DNA of 49,322 bases from an uncultured Bacilli bacterium (GCA_947626595.1 CANQST010000005.1:1-49322); one strand, 5' to 3'; numbered from the stretch's first letter, positions 17,081 to 27,971 are shown. A program made the numbers and translations. Notes: generated by a model not told the origin, from the sequence alone.

Positions 17081-19381
17081 ATGGAAAATATTAAAAAAAA
17101 TATAAATATATATATCGCTAGCTTTTTACTTATAGAGCCACTTTTAGACTTAATAACAGGCCTTAATCTACATCTTTTAAATACTAGTATTACTATTGGT
17201 ATTGTAGTAAAAGTCTTATTTATGCTCTTTCTCGTATTTACTACTTTATTTGTTTTTAAAAATAAAAAAGTTATCATACCATATCTGTTAATTGGCTTAT
17301 ACTTTATCTTCTTTATAACAGGAAAAATACTTTACCCAACATCTTTTTTAGGAGAAATCCAAGGCCTAATTAAAACTTTTTACTTTCCAATTATCTTTAT
17401 TTCTCTTTATGCCCTTAGGGATAATATAAAAATTAGTAAAATGACTTTCTTTACTACTCTTATTCTATATTTACTATGTATATTTGTACCCCTTATCTTT
17501 CATACAGGTTATAAAACTTATCAAATTACTAAAGCCGGTACTTTAGGCTTTTATAATTCAGCTAATGAAATTAGTGGTATTATTTCTCTTTTAACTCCAA
17601 TTATGTTTATTATAGTTTTACAAAAGAAAAATATTTTTTCTCTATTAAGTATCCTAATATATCTAGCAGTTATTTTAATGATAGGTACTAAAACACCACT
17701 TTTATCTTTAATAATTACTATAGGGGCTTCTTTAATGTATTTATGGATAAAAAGCTTTAAAAAGAAAATTTACAAACCTATAATTATATCACTCATATTA
17801 GTAATTATCTTCTCCTCTTTAATAGGGCTTATCCTACCTAAAACCAATTTTTATAAAAACATAAAAACTCACCTTGATTACCTAGAACTTGATAATATAG
17901 GAGAAGTATTTACCGATAAAAAACTAATAGACCACTTTATCTTTAGTGAAAGAATAACTTTCCTAGAAAAAAAGTACAAAGTATATGAAAAAGCTAACTT
18001 ATATCAAAAACTATTTGGGATAGGTTATTACAAAAATAAGAAGCAAACTAAACTAGTAGAGATGGATTATTTTGATATATTTTTCTCTCATGGAATAATT
18101 GGCTTTATTATTTATTTTAGTATATTCATACTTCTTCTTATAAAAGTACTAAGAAAATCTTTAAAGTTAAATTATGAAAATTACATGTTATATGTAAGCT
18201 TATCTTTAATAATATTTTTAAGTTTCTTTACAGGCCATATAATAACTGGCCCATCTGTTAGCTTCTTATCAGTCTTATTAATCTTATCATTATATAAACA
18301 TAAGAAAAAAGATTTATTATTTGCTGGTGTTAACCTAGAAATAGGAGGCATTGAAAAAGCTCAAATTAACTTACTAGATAACATTAATTATAATAAGTAT
18401 AATGTTACTTTAGTACTAGAAGAAGCTAAAGGTAAATTTTTAAAAGACTTAAAAAAAGATGTTACACTGCAAGAAGTAAAGGTAAGTAAGAATAATATTA
18501 CTATTCTAAGAAAATTAATTAATTTTTCTAGAAAACTTATATTTGAAATATATAGTTATCAAAATTATGACTTTAGTTGCTGCTACACAACATATAGTTA
18601 CAGTTCTAATAAACTTTCCTTAATCGCATCAAGAAATAACTCACTATATGTTCATACTAATTACAAAGATGTTTATAAAGAAGATGCAATAGTAAGAGAA
18701 TTTTTTGATAGTAGAAAAATTAATAATTATAGACATATCTTCTTTGTATCTAATGAAGCTGCTAATTACTTTGTAAGTCTCTATCCTAACTTAAAAGAAA
18801 GAGTTCTAGTATTTAATAACTTTATTAATACTAATGATATTATAGAAAAGTCTAAAGAAGAAATTAATATTGAAAAGCCTAAAAATAAAAAGCTCTTTGT
18901 TTTTGTAGGAAGACTAGAAGATGCCTCTAAAAAGCTAGGTAGAATGATAAATCTAGTAAAAGAAATTAGGAACATCGAACTATGGATAGTAGGCGATGGA
19001 CCTGATGGAAACATGTATCATGACTTAGTAAAAAAACTAAACCTAACCAAGAAAATTCACTTTCTAGGACCTAAGTCAAACCCTTATCCTTACATGGAAA
19101 AAGCTGATTATTTAATATTAACTTCCGAATATGAAGGCTTCCCAGTTGTTTATTTAGAAGGTATTACCTTAAAGAAAAAAATAATTACTACAGTATCCGT
19201 AAGTGATGATGAAATAGATATGAAAGACTATGCTTATATTATTTCTAAAGAAGAAAATCTAATGGTTGAAGAAGTACGAAAAATTCTAGATAAAAAGGAA
19301 AATATTAAAGATATTGATATTGAAAAAATTCAAAAAAGAAGAATTGAAAAATTAGAAAATATTTTTAATGAGGTGGTATAA
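17081..19381 (+). CDS. Fusion: O-antigen ligase/polymerase-like membrane domain + GT4-like (GT-B) glycosyltransferase
   Basis: N-terminal ~400 aa polytopic (SANEIS, IGTKT, LFGIGY, EMDYFD); C-terminal GGIEKA, VGRL, VGDGP, NPYPY, SEYEGFPVVYLE. Confidence 0.85.
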   Translation: MENIKKNINIYIASFLLIEPLLDLITGLNLHLLNTSITIGIVVKVLFMLFLVFTTLFVFKNKKVIIPYLLIGLYFIFFITGKILYPTSFLGEIQGLIKTFYFPIIFISLYALRDNIKISKMTFFTTLILYLLCIFVPLIFHTGYKTYQITKAGTLGFYNSANEISGIISLLTPIMFIIVLQKKNIFSLLSILIYLAVILMIGTKTPLLSLIITIGASLMYLWIKSFKKKIYKPIIISLILVIIFSSLIGLILPKTNFYKNIKTHLDYLELDNIGEVFTDKKLIDHFIFSERITFLEKKYKVYEKANLYQKLFGIGYYKNKKQTKLVEMDYFDIFFSHGIIGFIIYFSIFILLLIKVLRKSLKLNYENYMLYVSLSLIIFLSFFTGHIITGPSVSFLSVLLILSLYKHKKKDLLFAGVNLEIGGIEKAQINLLDNINYNKYNVTLVLEEAKGKFLKDLKKDVTLQEVKVSKNNITILRKLINFSRKLIFEIYSYQNYDFSCCYTTYSYSSNKLSLIASRNNSLYVHTNYKDVYKEDAIVREFFDSRKINNYRHIFFVSNEAANYFVSLYPNLKERVLVFNNFINTNDIIEKSKEEINIEKPKNKKLFVFVGRLEDASKKLGRMINLVKEIRNIELWIVGDGPDGNMYHDLVKKLNLTKKIHFLGPKSNPYPYMEKADYLILTSEYEGFPVVYLEGITLKKKIITTVSVSDDEIDMKDYAYIISKEENLMVEEVRKILDKKENIKDIDIEKIQKRRIEKLENIFNEVV

Positions 19382-20298
19382 TGCCTAAATTTAGTATTAT
19401 TGTTCCTGTTTATAATGTTGAAAAATATATAAAAAGATGTCTTGATAGTATAAAGATGCAGACCTTTAAAGACTATGAAGTAATAATTATAAATGATGGT
19501 TCTACTGATAATAGCTTAGAAATTATTAAAGACTTTCCTTATAATGTTATTACTACAGAAAATAAAGGCCTATCAAGTGCTAGAAATTTAGGAGTTTCTA
19601 AGGCTAAGGGAGACTACCTACTATTTTTAGATAGTGATGATTACATTGAAAAAAACTTATTAGAAGAACTTAATAACAGTATCAAAGATAATCCTGATAT
19701 AGTAAGATTTCAAATACAAACAGTTACTGACAATAATAATATAGTAAAATATGAAGAAGAGCCATTTACTATTAAAAATGGTGAAGTTGCTTTTCCTTTA
19801 ATTACTAAATATCACTTTGTTGAACTTGCGTGTTGCTACGCCTATAAAAGAAGCTATTTTCAAAAAGAAAACTTTAAATTTAAAGAGGGTACTTTTCATG
19901 AAGATTATGGCTTAATTCCTCTCGTAATAATAAAAGCTAATAAAGTAAAATCTATTTCTTATATTGGTTATAATTACTATCAAAGAACTGGTAGTATAAT
20001 GAATAATGCTAACTATGAAAAGACTAAAAAGAAAGTAGAAGATTTATATAATCACTATTTATTTTTAGTAGAAGAAATTAATAAAACAGAAATAAACTCC
20101 AAAGTATTTAAAAGCTTTTTAGCAAACTCAGTGATTTTAAAGATTTGCGAGTTAGAAAAACAAGATTATAAAGAATATAAGAAGAAACTACAAGAAGATA
20201 AGGTTTATGATAATATTTTAACTGATACTTTCTCAAGAAAAATAAAATATTTATTATTAAAAATAAGTCCTAAATTATATAAAATGATTAGAAAGTAG
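19381..20298 (+). CDS. GT2 glycosyltransferase
   Basis: SIIVPVYNVEKY, NDGSTD, GLSSARN, FLDSDD, HED. Confidence 0.93.
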   Translation: MPKFSIIVPVYNVEKYIKRCLDSIKMQTFKDYEVIIINDGSTDNSLEIIKDFPYNVITTENKGLSSARNLGVSKAKGDYLLFLDSDDYIEKNLLEELNNSIKDNPDIVRFQIQTVTDNNNIVKYEEEPFTIKNGEVAFPLITKYHFVELACCYAYKRSYFQKENFKFKEGTFHEDYGLIPLVIIKANKVKSISYIGYNYYQRTGSIMNNANYEKTKKKVEDLYNHYLFLVEEINKTEINSKVFKSFLANSVILKICELEKQDYKEYKKKLQEDKVYDNILTDTFSRKIKYLLLKISPKLYKMIRK

Positions 20299-20306
20299 TT
20301 GATTAC

Positions 20307-21401
20307 ATGACTAATAGAAAGATAGGTATTGATATTTTAAGAATAGTCGCAATGATGGGAATTGTTGGTTTACACATCGTAAATCAAGGCGGAATTATTA
20401 GTTCCTTAAGTATTAATAAAGCCCCTTATTATGTAGTTATGCTTGTCACAACATTTTTCTATACTTCTGTTGATGTTTTTGCTATCATAACAGGTTATCT
20501 TTACTATAATAAAAAAATTAAATATAAAAGAATAGTAGAGTTAATATTCATTGCGCTATTTTATAGTATTTTAATTGCTTTTATCTTTTATGCTTTTAAC
20601 TTATTTAACATGAAATCCTTAGGACTTAAATTTCTAAAAGAGTGTATTTTTCCAATGAGTGGTACATATTGGTACATAGTAGCTTACATATTACTGTTTG
20701 TTATGATACCATTCCTAAATCATATATTATCTCTTCCTAAAGAAAAAGTTAAGAAATTACTTATAGTGTTATTTATACTAACATCAGTAATACCAAGCAT
20801 TACTGCTGTTGACTTTTTCAAATTAGACTATGGTTATAGCCCTTTTTGGTTAATGTATTTATACTTAATAGGTGGATATATCAAAAAATATGAAAATGAT
20901 TTTAAAGGAAAAAGGAATAAGTATTGTAAACTGCTTTTCTTATCACTATTTTTAGGTTTTGCTTTAAATATATTTATAAATATTTTCTTTGTTAAGAAAT
21001 TTGGTTATTTCTTATTTGGTGCTTTGATAGGTTCTATTTTTATAGACTATATTTCACCATTTACTGTTATTTCTTCAATACTTATACTACTTATCTTTAA
21101 AGAAATTAAATGTAATAATACTATTCTTAATAAAATAATATTGTGTTTTTCTAAAACGGCTTTTGCTGTATATATAATTCATGCTTCTATTCCTATATTT
21201 AATCTAGTTTTAAAAGATGCATTTGTGTTTGTTAAAAACTATAACTTTCTTTTTATCACTGTAACAATTATAATAGGAATAATCATCATTTATGTTATAT
21301 GCAGTCTTATTGATATCATAAGAGAAAAACTATTTAATATTTTAAAAATAAATAAATTAATAGAGTTTATAGGAATAAAGTTAGATAAATTAATTGCTTA
21401 A
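20307..21401 (+). CDS. Acyltransferase-3 family (O-acetyltransferase)
   Basis: GIDILRIVAM..H, VDVFAIITGY, YWYI, FAVYIIH; about 10 TMs. Confidence 0.9.
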   Translation: MTNRKIGIDILRIVAMMGIVGLHIVNQGGIISSLSINKAPYYVVMLVTTFFYTSVDVFAIITGYLYYNKKIKYKRIVELIFIALFYSILIAFIFYAFNLFNMKSLGLKFLKECIFPMSGTYWYIVAYILLFVMIPFLNHILSLPKEKVKKLLIVLFILTSVIPSITAVDFFKLDYGYSPFWLMYLYLIGGYIKKYENDFKGKRNKYCKLLFLSLFLGFALNIFINIFFVKKFGYFLFGALIGSIFIDYISPFTVISSILILLIFKEIKCNNTILNKIILCFSKTAFAVYIIHASIPIFNLVLKDAFVFVKNYNFLFITVTIIIGIIIIYVICSLIDIIREKLFNILKINKLIEFIGIKLDKLIA

Positions 21402-21415
21402 ATCGAGGTGATTTT

Positions 21416-22372
21416 GTGAAAAATTTGGATAAAATATCTATAGTTATACCTTGCTACAATGAAGAAGACGCTTTACCTGTACTTTATAAAGAATTAGATA
21501 AAGTTTCAAAAGATATGAACTATGTAGATTTTGAATTTTTATTTGTTAATGATGGAAGTACTGATAAGACCCTAAGTATAATAAAAGATTTTTCGTCTGA
21601 TAAAAGAGTTAAATTTCTTTCTTTTTCAAGGAACTTTGGTAAAGAAGCCGCAATGTATGCTGGACTAGAACACGCAACAGGTGAGCTTGTTGCGATAATT
21701 GATGCCGACATGCAAGATCCCCCTGAAATGTTAAAGAAAATGTATCAAATAATAAAAGACGAAGACTATGACTGTGTTGCCTTATATACTAAAAATCATA
21801 AAGACTATTCTTTAATGAGAAGATTTTTTACAAAATGTTGGTATACTTTAATTGGTAAAATTTCTTCAACTAAACAAGTAGCGGGAGCTAGAGACTTTCG
21901 TCTAATGAAAAGAAAAATGGTTAATGCCATACTTAACATGAAAGAGTATAATCGTTATTTCAAAGGTATTTCCAATTTTGTTGGTTTTAATACTAAATGG
22001 CTTAATGTTGAGACCGATAAAAGAGTAAAAGGAAAATCTAAATTTAGTTATTTCAAATTATTTAAATATGCTATGGAAGCTATCCTTGCTTTTTCAACGA
22101 CACCTCTAGTAATTGCTGCCTTAATTGGACTTATCTTTTGTTTAATTGCTTTTATAGTTATTGTAATTATTATATGTAAAACCCTAATCTATGGAGACCC
22201 AGTAAATGGTTGGCCATCTCTTGCTTGTATAATTGTTTTTACAAGTGGAGTACAATTATTCTTCTTTGGAATAATGGGAATGTATTTATCTAAAATTTAT
22301 TTAGAAGTAAAAAATAGACCTATTTATATAATAACTGAGAAAAGTGATAATTTGAAAGGAAAAAATTTATGA
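21416..22372 (+). CDS. GT2 polyprenol-phosphate glycosyltransferase (GtrB/YkoT-like)
   Basis: FSRNFGKEAA, IDADMQDPPE, DFRLM, two C-terminal TMs, EVKNRPIYI. Confidence 0.92.
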   Translation: MKNLDKISIVIPCYNEEDALPVLYKELDKVSKDMNYVDFEFLFVNDGSTDKTLSIIKDFSSDKRVKFLSFSRNFGKEAAMYAGLEHATGELVAIIDADMQDPPEMLKKMYQIIKDEDYDCVALYTKNHKDYSLMRRFFTKCWYTLIGKISSTKQVAGARDFRLMKRKMVNAILNMKEYNRYFKGISNFVGFNTKWLNVETDKRVKGKSKFSYFKLFKYAMEAILAFSTTPLVIAALIGLIFCLIAFIVIVIIICKTLIYGDPVNGWPSLACIIVFTSGVQLFFFGIMGMYLSKIYLEVKNRPIYIITEKSDNLKGKNL

Positions 22373-23313
22373 AAAAAATAGATATTAGTATAATTGTTCC
22401 TGCCTACAATGCATCAAAAACAATAGGTGAGTGCTTAAACTCTTTAATAAATCAAACTAAAAAAGAATTAGAATTTATTGTTATAAATGATGGTTCAACT
22501 GACGAAACGGAAAAAATAATTAAAGAATTTAATGATCCAAGGATAAAATATATTAAAAATACCAATCAAGGAATAGGTAAAACTAGAAATCAAGGAATAG
22601 AAAAAGCCCTAGGAAAATATTTAATGTTCGTTGATAGCGACGACTATCTAGACCTTAATGCTTGTGAAAAACTTTATCAAAAAGTAATAGACGAAGACCT
22701 AGATATTGTTATAAGTGACCTATGTAAAAAGTATTCAAATGGAAAATTAGAAGAAGTCAAGACTTTAGACTTTAAAAGCTCTTCTCTAGAAGAAAATCCT
22801 GATATTTTAAATGAAAACTTAGGTCCTTGTGGAAAACTTTATAATAGAGAAATGATTATCACTAACAAAATAAAATTTGAAGAAAATTTAAAATATGAAG
22901 ATGCTCCTTTTTTAGTAGAAGCCCTATGTAGCGCTAAAAAAATAGGCAAAGTAGATAAATGCTTATACTATTACGTAGTTCATGATAATAGTGAAACTAC
23001 TCTTAGGGACGAAAGATGCTTTGATATCTTAAAAATAATTGATATAATTAGAAAATACACTAAAGATAAAAAATACTTAAAAGAAAAAGTAGACGAATTA
23101 ACAGTAAGAATTATTACTAATTATACCATTCAACAAAGAATGCAAAAAGATAAGAAAGTTGGATGTAAATTTATTAATGAAGCTTTTAAATACTTAGAAA
23201 AAGAAGTTCCTCTTTATAAAGATAATAAGTATTATAAAGAAAGAGGCTTTTTAAGAAGAACTATTGAAAAAAATAAAACATTAACCAAAATTTATTGTTT
23301 ATTATATAGATAA
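22369..23313 (+). CDS. GT2 glycosyltransferase
   Basis: SIIVPAYN, NDGSTD, FVDSDD, YED. Confidence 0.92.
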   Translation: MKKIDISIIVPAYNASKTIGECLNSLINQTKKELEFIVINDGSTDETEKIIKEFNDPRIKYIKNTNQGIGKTRNQGIEKALGKYLMFVDSDDYLDLNACEKLYQKVIDEDLDIVISDLCKKYSNGKLEEVKTLDFKSSSLEENPDILNENLGPCGKLYNREMIITNKIKFEENLKYEDAPFLVEALCSAKKIGKVDKCLYYYVVHDNSETTLRDERCFDILKIIDIIRKYTKDKKYLKEKVDELTVRIITNYTIQQRMQKDKKVGCKFINEAFKYLEKEVPLYKDNKYYKERGFLRRTIEKNKTLTKIYCLLYR

Positions 23314-23367
23314 TATGTGTTAAAATATGAATATGCGTGAAATTATTAGTAGTAGAAGGTGAACTAG

Positions 23368-24381
23368 ATGTTATTAGTGTCTATTGATGTTGAATATAGA
23401 TATGACTTAACCAAAAAAATAAAAAAAATTAATGATAATATTAAAACAACTATTTTTACCAGCAATGATATTTTATATAATGACTATAAAAAATATAAAT
23501 ATGTAGTTACTGAGTATAATACCAAAATAATTGATTACTTTATTAAATTAAATAAGATAGTCGTTGTTTGCTGTTTTGACGAAGAAATGGTCAAGCAAGA
23601 GTATAGAGAACATCCTAATATCTTTATTTGTAGGTCTAGAAAAGATGCCATTGACTTAATCTTAGCAGAATACTCTAATAGAAATATTACGGATACAAAT
23701 ATCTATAAAAATATAAAAAGTTTTGTTTATGTATTAATATTCACTGTCTTTTTAGCTTTATTATTTAAAAAATTATATGTATGTGAATACTTACCTAAGT
23801 CAAAAAAGAAAACTAACTCTCCAGAAGTAGTTGACTTAAAAAAAGAAAATTATGTCTTCTTAGGTGACTCCATAACTGATTATTATGACTTAGATAAATA
23901 TTATCAAGACGTACCTGTTGTTAATAGTGGAATTAGTGGAAATAAATGTAATGATATACTAGATAATTTACAAGATAGAGTATTTAAATATAATCCAACT
24001 AAAGTATTTCTTTTAATTGGTACTAATGATATAGCTTATACCGATATTGAAAATGAAGAGCTAGTTGATAGAATTATTGAAATATGTGATAAAATACATG
24101 AAAAAAGAGAAGAAACAGAAATATATGTCCAATCTATTTACCCAGTTAATAGAAAAGCAGATAGTAATATGGTAGCAGGTAGAAATAATGAAAGAATTAA
24201 AGAAATAAATAAATTAATAAAAGAAAAAGTAGAAGAAAAAAAATATAAGTACCTAGATATGTATAGTATATTAAAAGATAAAGAAGATAACTTAGATTTA
24301 GCTTATACATATGATGGCTTACATATTTCTGATAAAGGTTATAAAGTAATAACAAAAGAAATAAATAAAATAATACTTTAA
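23368..24381 (+). CDS. Membrane-anchored SGNH/GDSL hydrolase-family protein
   Basis: GDSIT, NSGISG, IGTND, DGLH blocks after a central TM helix. Confidence 0.88.
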   Translation: MLLVSIDVEYRYDLTKKIKKINDNIKTTIFTSNDILYNDYKKYKYVVTEYNTKIIDYFIKLNKIVVVCCFDEEMVKQEYREHPNIFICRSRKDAIDLILAEYSNRNITDTNIYKNIKSFVYVLIFTVFLALLFKKLYVCEYLPKSKKKTNSPEVVDLKKENYVFLGDSITDYYDLDKYYQDVPVVNSGISGNKCNDILDNLQDRVFKYNPTKVFLLIGTNDIAYTDIENEELVDRIIEICDKIHEKREETEIYVQSIYPVNRKADSNMVAGRNNERIKEINKLIKEKVEEKKYKYLDMYSILKDKEDNLDLAYTYDGLHISDKGYKVITKEINKIIL

Positions 24382-24427
24382 AAACGATTAGAAATTAGAT
24401 ATAATTAATAAAGAAAGTAGGGAAATT

Positions 24428-25171
24428 ATGGAAAAAGATATTGCTATTAAAGTTAGTCACGTTTCAAAAAAATTTAAACTTTATTATGATAAAGCTCATA
24501 CTTTAAAAGAAAAAATACTTTTTTTCTCTAAGAAAAATAAAAGTAAAAATGATGTTTTGGAGGTTTTAAAAGATATAAACTTGACAATAGAAAAGGGAGA
24601 AAGCGTTGCTTTAATTGGAACCAACGGTAGTGGTAAATCAACTCTTTTAAAATTAATGACTAAGATAATTTATCCTAATAAAGGTAAAATTACAACTAAT
24701 GGTAAATTAACTTCTTTACTTGAATTGGGCGCTGGCTTTCATGATGATTTTACAGGAAGAGAAAATATTTATTTCAATGCCTCTATTTTTGGTTTAACAA
24801 AAGAAGAAATAGATGCTAAGATAGATGAAATAATAGAGTTCTCAGAATTACAAGATTTTATTGATAATCCAGTTAGAACATATTCTTCTGGTATGTATAT
24901 GAGACTTGCTTTTTCCGTTGCTATAAATGTTCAAGCGGAAATTCTCTTAATAGACGAAATATTAGCTGTAGGAGATCAACATTTTCAAGATAAATGTTTT
25001 AATAAACTACAAGAGTTAAAAGCTTCTGGTAAGACAATAGTTATAGTAACTCATAATATGGGGCAAGTAAAAAGATTTTGTGATAGAGCTGTTTGGCTAT
25101 ATAAAGGTGAAATTAGAAGAGATGGAAATGTTGACGAAGTACTAGAAGAGTACTTAAAAGTTTGTGGGTGA
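24428..25171 (+). CDS. wzt: Polysaccharide/teichoic-acid ABC exporter ATP-binding subunit (Wzt/TagH family)
   Basis: GTNGSGKST, ELGAGF, YSSGMYMRLAF, LIDEILAVGD. Confidence 0.92.
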   Translation: MEKDIAIKVSHVSKKFKLYYDKAHTLKEKILFFSKKNKSKNDVLEVLKDINLTIEKGESVALIGTNGSGKSTLLKLMTKIIYPNKGKITTNGKLTSLLELGAGFHDDFTGRENIYFNASIFGLTKEEIDAKIDEIIEFSELQDFIDNPVRTYSSGMYMRLAFSVAINVQAEILLIDEILAVGDQHFQDKCFNKLQELKASGKTIVIVTHNMGQVKRFCDRAVWLYKGEIRRDGNVDEVLEEYLKVCG

Positions 25172-25177
25172 TAAATA

Positions 25178-25951
25178 ATGAGTATTTTTAAAGAATTATA
25201 TAATTATCGAGAATTATTAAAAACTAATATAAAGAAAGAAATAAGAGGGAAGTATAAAGGTTCATGGCTAGGTGTATTATGGACATTTCTAAATCCTTTG
25301 TTAATGCTTGCTGTCTACGCATTTGTCTTTCCTTATATCTTAAGAGTTAATGTTGAAAACTATACTATATTTATGATAGTTGCTTTAATTCCATGGAATT
25401 TCTTTACTGTTGCTATTCAATCAGGTGCCGGATGTGTTGTTGCCAATGGTAATATTTTAAAGAAAGTTTATTTTCCAAGAGAAATAATTCCTATATCAAT
25501 AACGACAAGTCAATTAGTTAATTTCTTAATTACTTGTATAATTATGTTTGTATTTATATTATTTAGTGGCGTAGGTTTTTCAATTCACCTATTATTACTT
25601 CCACTACTTATTTTAATACAATATATTATTACATTAGCATTTACTTTTATCTTATCAGCGATAACAGTATTTGTTCACGATGTTGACCACTTTGTTAGTG
25701 TAGCTCTAACCCTAGGTTTTTACGCAACACCTATTGTTTACCAAGCTAGCATGTTACCAGCAAGATTTCAATGGGCAATGAAAGTAAATCCAATGGCTCA
25801 ACTAGTTGAAGCTTATAGAGCTATCCTTTATTATCATAAATGTCCTGATTGGACTACTTTACTTATCTGGGGCTTACTAAGTATAGTCCTATTAGTAGTA
25901 GGTTATATTATATTTAAAAAATTAGAAAAATCTTTTGTTGAAGAATTATAA
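25178..25951 (+). CDS. wzm: Polysaccharide ABC exporter permease (Wzm/TagG family)
   Basis: KYKGSWLGVLW..LNPL, KKVYFPREI, FYATPIVY, NPM. Confidence 0.92.
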   Translation: MSIFKELYNYRELLKTNIKKEIRGKYKGSWLGVLWTFLNPLLMLAVYAFVFPYILRVNVENYTIFMIVALIPWNFFTVAIQSGAGCVVANGNILKKVYFPREIIPISITTSQLVNFLITCIIMFVFILFSGVGFSIHLLLLPLLILIQYIITLAFTFILSAITVFVHDVDHFVSVALTLGFYATPIVYQASMLPARFQWAMKVNPMAQLVEAYRAILYYHKCPDWTTLLIWGLLSIVLLVVGYIIFKKLEKSFVEEL

Positions 25952-25984
25952 AACTGCCAACGAAATTCGTTGACAGTTTATTTG
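25951..25984. terminator. Bidirectional intrinsic terminator
   Basis: AAACTGCCAACGAA/TTCGTTGACAGTTT long inverted repeat directly after the wzm stop. Confidence 0.8.
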
Positions 25985-26250
25985 TTATTTTTATTTTATT
26001 AATTTGACAAGTGTTTCGGTAAACATACTATCACTATCAATATCTCTAGAATTTGAATAAAACAAATTGCTTATAGAGATATCATAGGTGATATAAAACA
26101 TCTTCTTCTTTTTATTTTACGGTCTAGTAGTTGTTCCTTAAAATCTTTGTATACATTAATTTTAACAGAAGTAAGACTTGACCTTCTTTGACTTCTTTCT
26201 TTATACTTACAGACATTATTATTTTTTGAATTGGTATAAAGATTTTGTTC

Positions 26251-27381
26251 TTAAGCTCTTATTTCAAAAATTCTATGTAAATAATTAATAAAATCATTAT
26301 ACTTTTTATCAACAGTTTTAATCTTAAATAAAAGTTTAACTATTAGTTGTCTTAAATATTCAATAATTAAACAAATAATAAAGATAATTAGAGCCCAACA
26401 AATAGCTTTTAAAATAATAGCTTTTCCATAAACTGTAGTATCAGCATAAATACCAATCCATTTATAAATATTATCTTGGACATATTTCATTTCATGAATT
26501 AAATATACACCTAATGTTAAAGAACTTATCTTATTTATAAATTTGCTTTTAAAGCTAAAGGTGCCAAAGAATAAAAATATTGATAATGATTGAAACAAAG
26601 TTATAGGATTATTATAATTTAACTTATAACTACCTAGACATGAGCCAATATAGCTTAAAATATTGCTTTCTAAACCATTTAAGTATGTAGAAGAAATATT
26701 CATAAATACATTAATAATCCAAAAAACAAAGAAAGAAACAAAGTATAATAATCTTTTTTGTGATAAATTTATATTAGTAAATAAGTTTTCTTGTAGATTG
26801 TATTTTCTAATATAGGCTCCAAAAAAGTATAAACAAACTTGAAAAGTTAAAGTAGTACCACCTTCTGCATAGAATAAATTAGCTGTTAAAAAGGGGAATA
26901 TTGAAAATGATAGTAATAATACAATTAATAATCTTTTATAAAATTTTCTATCCATTTTTTCAATTAATAAATTAAAAAAAGGGCTAAGTAAATAAACAAT
27001 TATATAGCATTTAATATACCAATATTCACTTATACTAAAAAAACTAGTTCTTACTAAATAATCAATGTTAGTATACTCTACTAATCCAGTAAATTTAAAA
27101 ATAGAATTTATTAGAATATTATAAAACCATATTTGAAAGATTAATGACACTAACTTTCTTAATTTAAATTTTGACTTTGATTGGTAATAGCCAGTTATTA
27201 ATAAAAATGAATTAACATGGACAATTATAAATAGTTTAATAGCATTAAAAACTAAATTAGTAACTCCTGTTGTATTTTCTAATAAATAGCTATGTTGAAT
27301 TACGTGCCATAACACAATAAAAAACATTGATACTATTCTTAATAGCTCATAATTTGACTCTCGTTCCATTCTCTTTAACAT
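26251..27381 (-). CDS. Acyltransferase-3 family (O-acetyltransferase)
   Basis: RESNYELLRIVSM..H, VNSFLLITGY, YWYI, TLGVYLIHE; start uncertain (27393/27381/27369). Confidence 0.9.
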   Translation of the reverse strand: MLKRMERESNYELLRIVSMFFIVLWHVIQHSYLLENTTGVTNLVFNAIKLFIIVHVNSFLLITGYYQSKSKFKLRKLVSLIFQIWFYNILINSIFKFTGLVEYTNIDYLVRTSFFSISEYWYIKCYIIVYLLSPFFNLLIEKMDRKFYKRLLIVLLLSFSIFPFLTANLFYAEGGTTLTFQVCLYFFGAYIRKYNLQENLFTNINLSQKRLLYFVSFFVFWIINVFMNISSTYLNGLESNILSYIGSCLGSYKLNYNNPITLFQSLSIFLFFGTFSFKSKFINKISSLTLGVYLIHEMKYVQDNIYKWIGIYADTTVYGKAIILKAICWALIIFIICLIIEYLRQLIVKLLFKIKTVDKKYNDFINYLHRIFEIRA

Positions 27382-27437
27382 CCGAACCACCATCCTAAAT
27401 TGATTATATCATAACAGCAAAAAAAAAGACATAGTAA

Positions 27438-27971
27438 TTATATCTTTTCTTCATTTTCTTCATTTATAATGTAGTTAGCAGCATCTAATAAATTGTGTTT
27501 AGATATATATTTATCAGATTGTTCGCCTAATAGAATTCCTTTGATATTCGTTTCTTCACAAATTGCTAGATCTCTTATTTTATCACCAATAGCATATGAA
27601 TTTTCTATATCAACATTATGCTTTTTTATAGCATCATAAAAAAGCTTTAGTTTTGGTTTACGACATGAACAGTTATCTTTGCTGATATGAGGGCAATAAA
27701 ATATATCTAGAATTTTAACTCCTGATTTTCTAAGTTCTTCTAACATATAATTAGTAAAATCATTATATTGTTCAAGTGTGAAATAGCCTCGACCAATACC
27801 TGATTGATTAGTAATAATAATAAACTTATACCCATATGTCATTAATTTTTGTAAGCCCTCAATAGTTCCTTCTATAAATTTTAATTTTTCTTTTTGATAT
27901 ACATACCCAAAGTCATAATTGATGGTACCATCTCTATCTAAAAATATAACCTTATTTTTTTTCATATACAC
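27438..27971 (-). CDS. gmhB: D-glycero-D-manno-heptose 1,7-bisphosphate phosphatase
   Basis: FLDRDGTIN, ITNQSGIGRG, CPH...CSCRKP, IGDKIRD. Confidence 0.93.
   Translation of the reverse strand: MYMKKNKVIFLDRDGTINYDFGYVYQKEKLKFIEGTIEGLQKLMTYGYKFIIITNQSGIGRGYFTLEQYNDFTNYMLEELRKSGVKILDIFYCPHISKDNCSCRKPKLKLFYDAIKKHNVDIENSYAIGDKIRDLAICEETNIKGILLGEQSDKYISKHNLLDAANYIINEENEEKI

Noticed and set aside
24428-25951. wzt precedes wzm and lacks a C-terminal carbohydrate-binding domain
   Set aside because: Both are known variations among glycan ABC exporters
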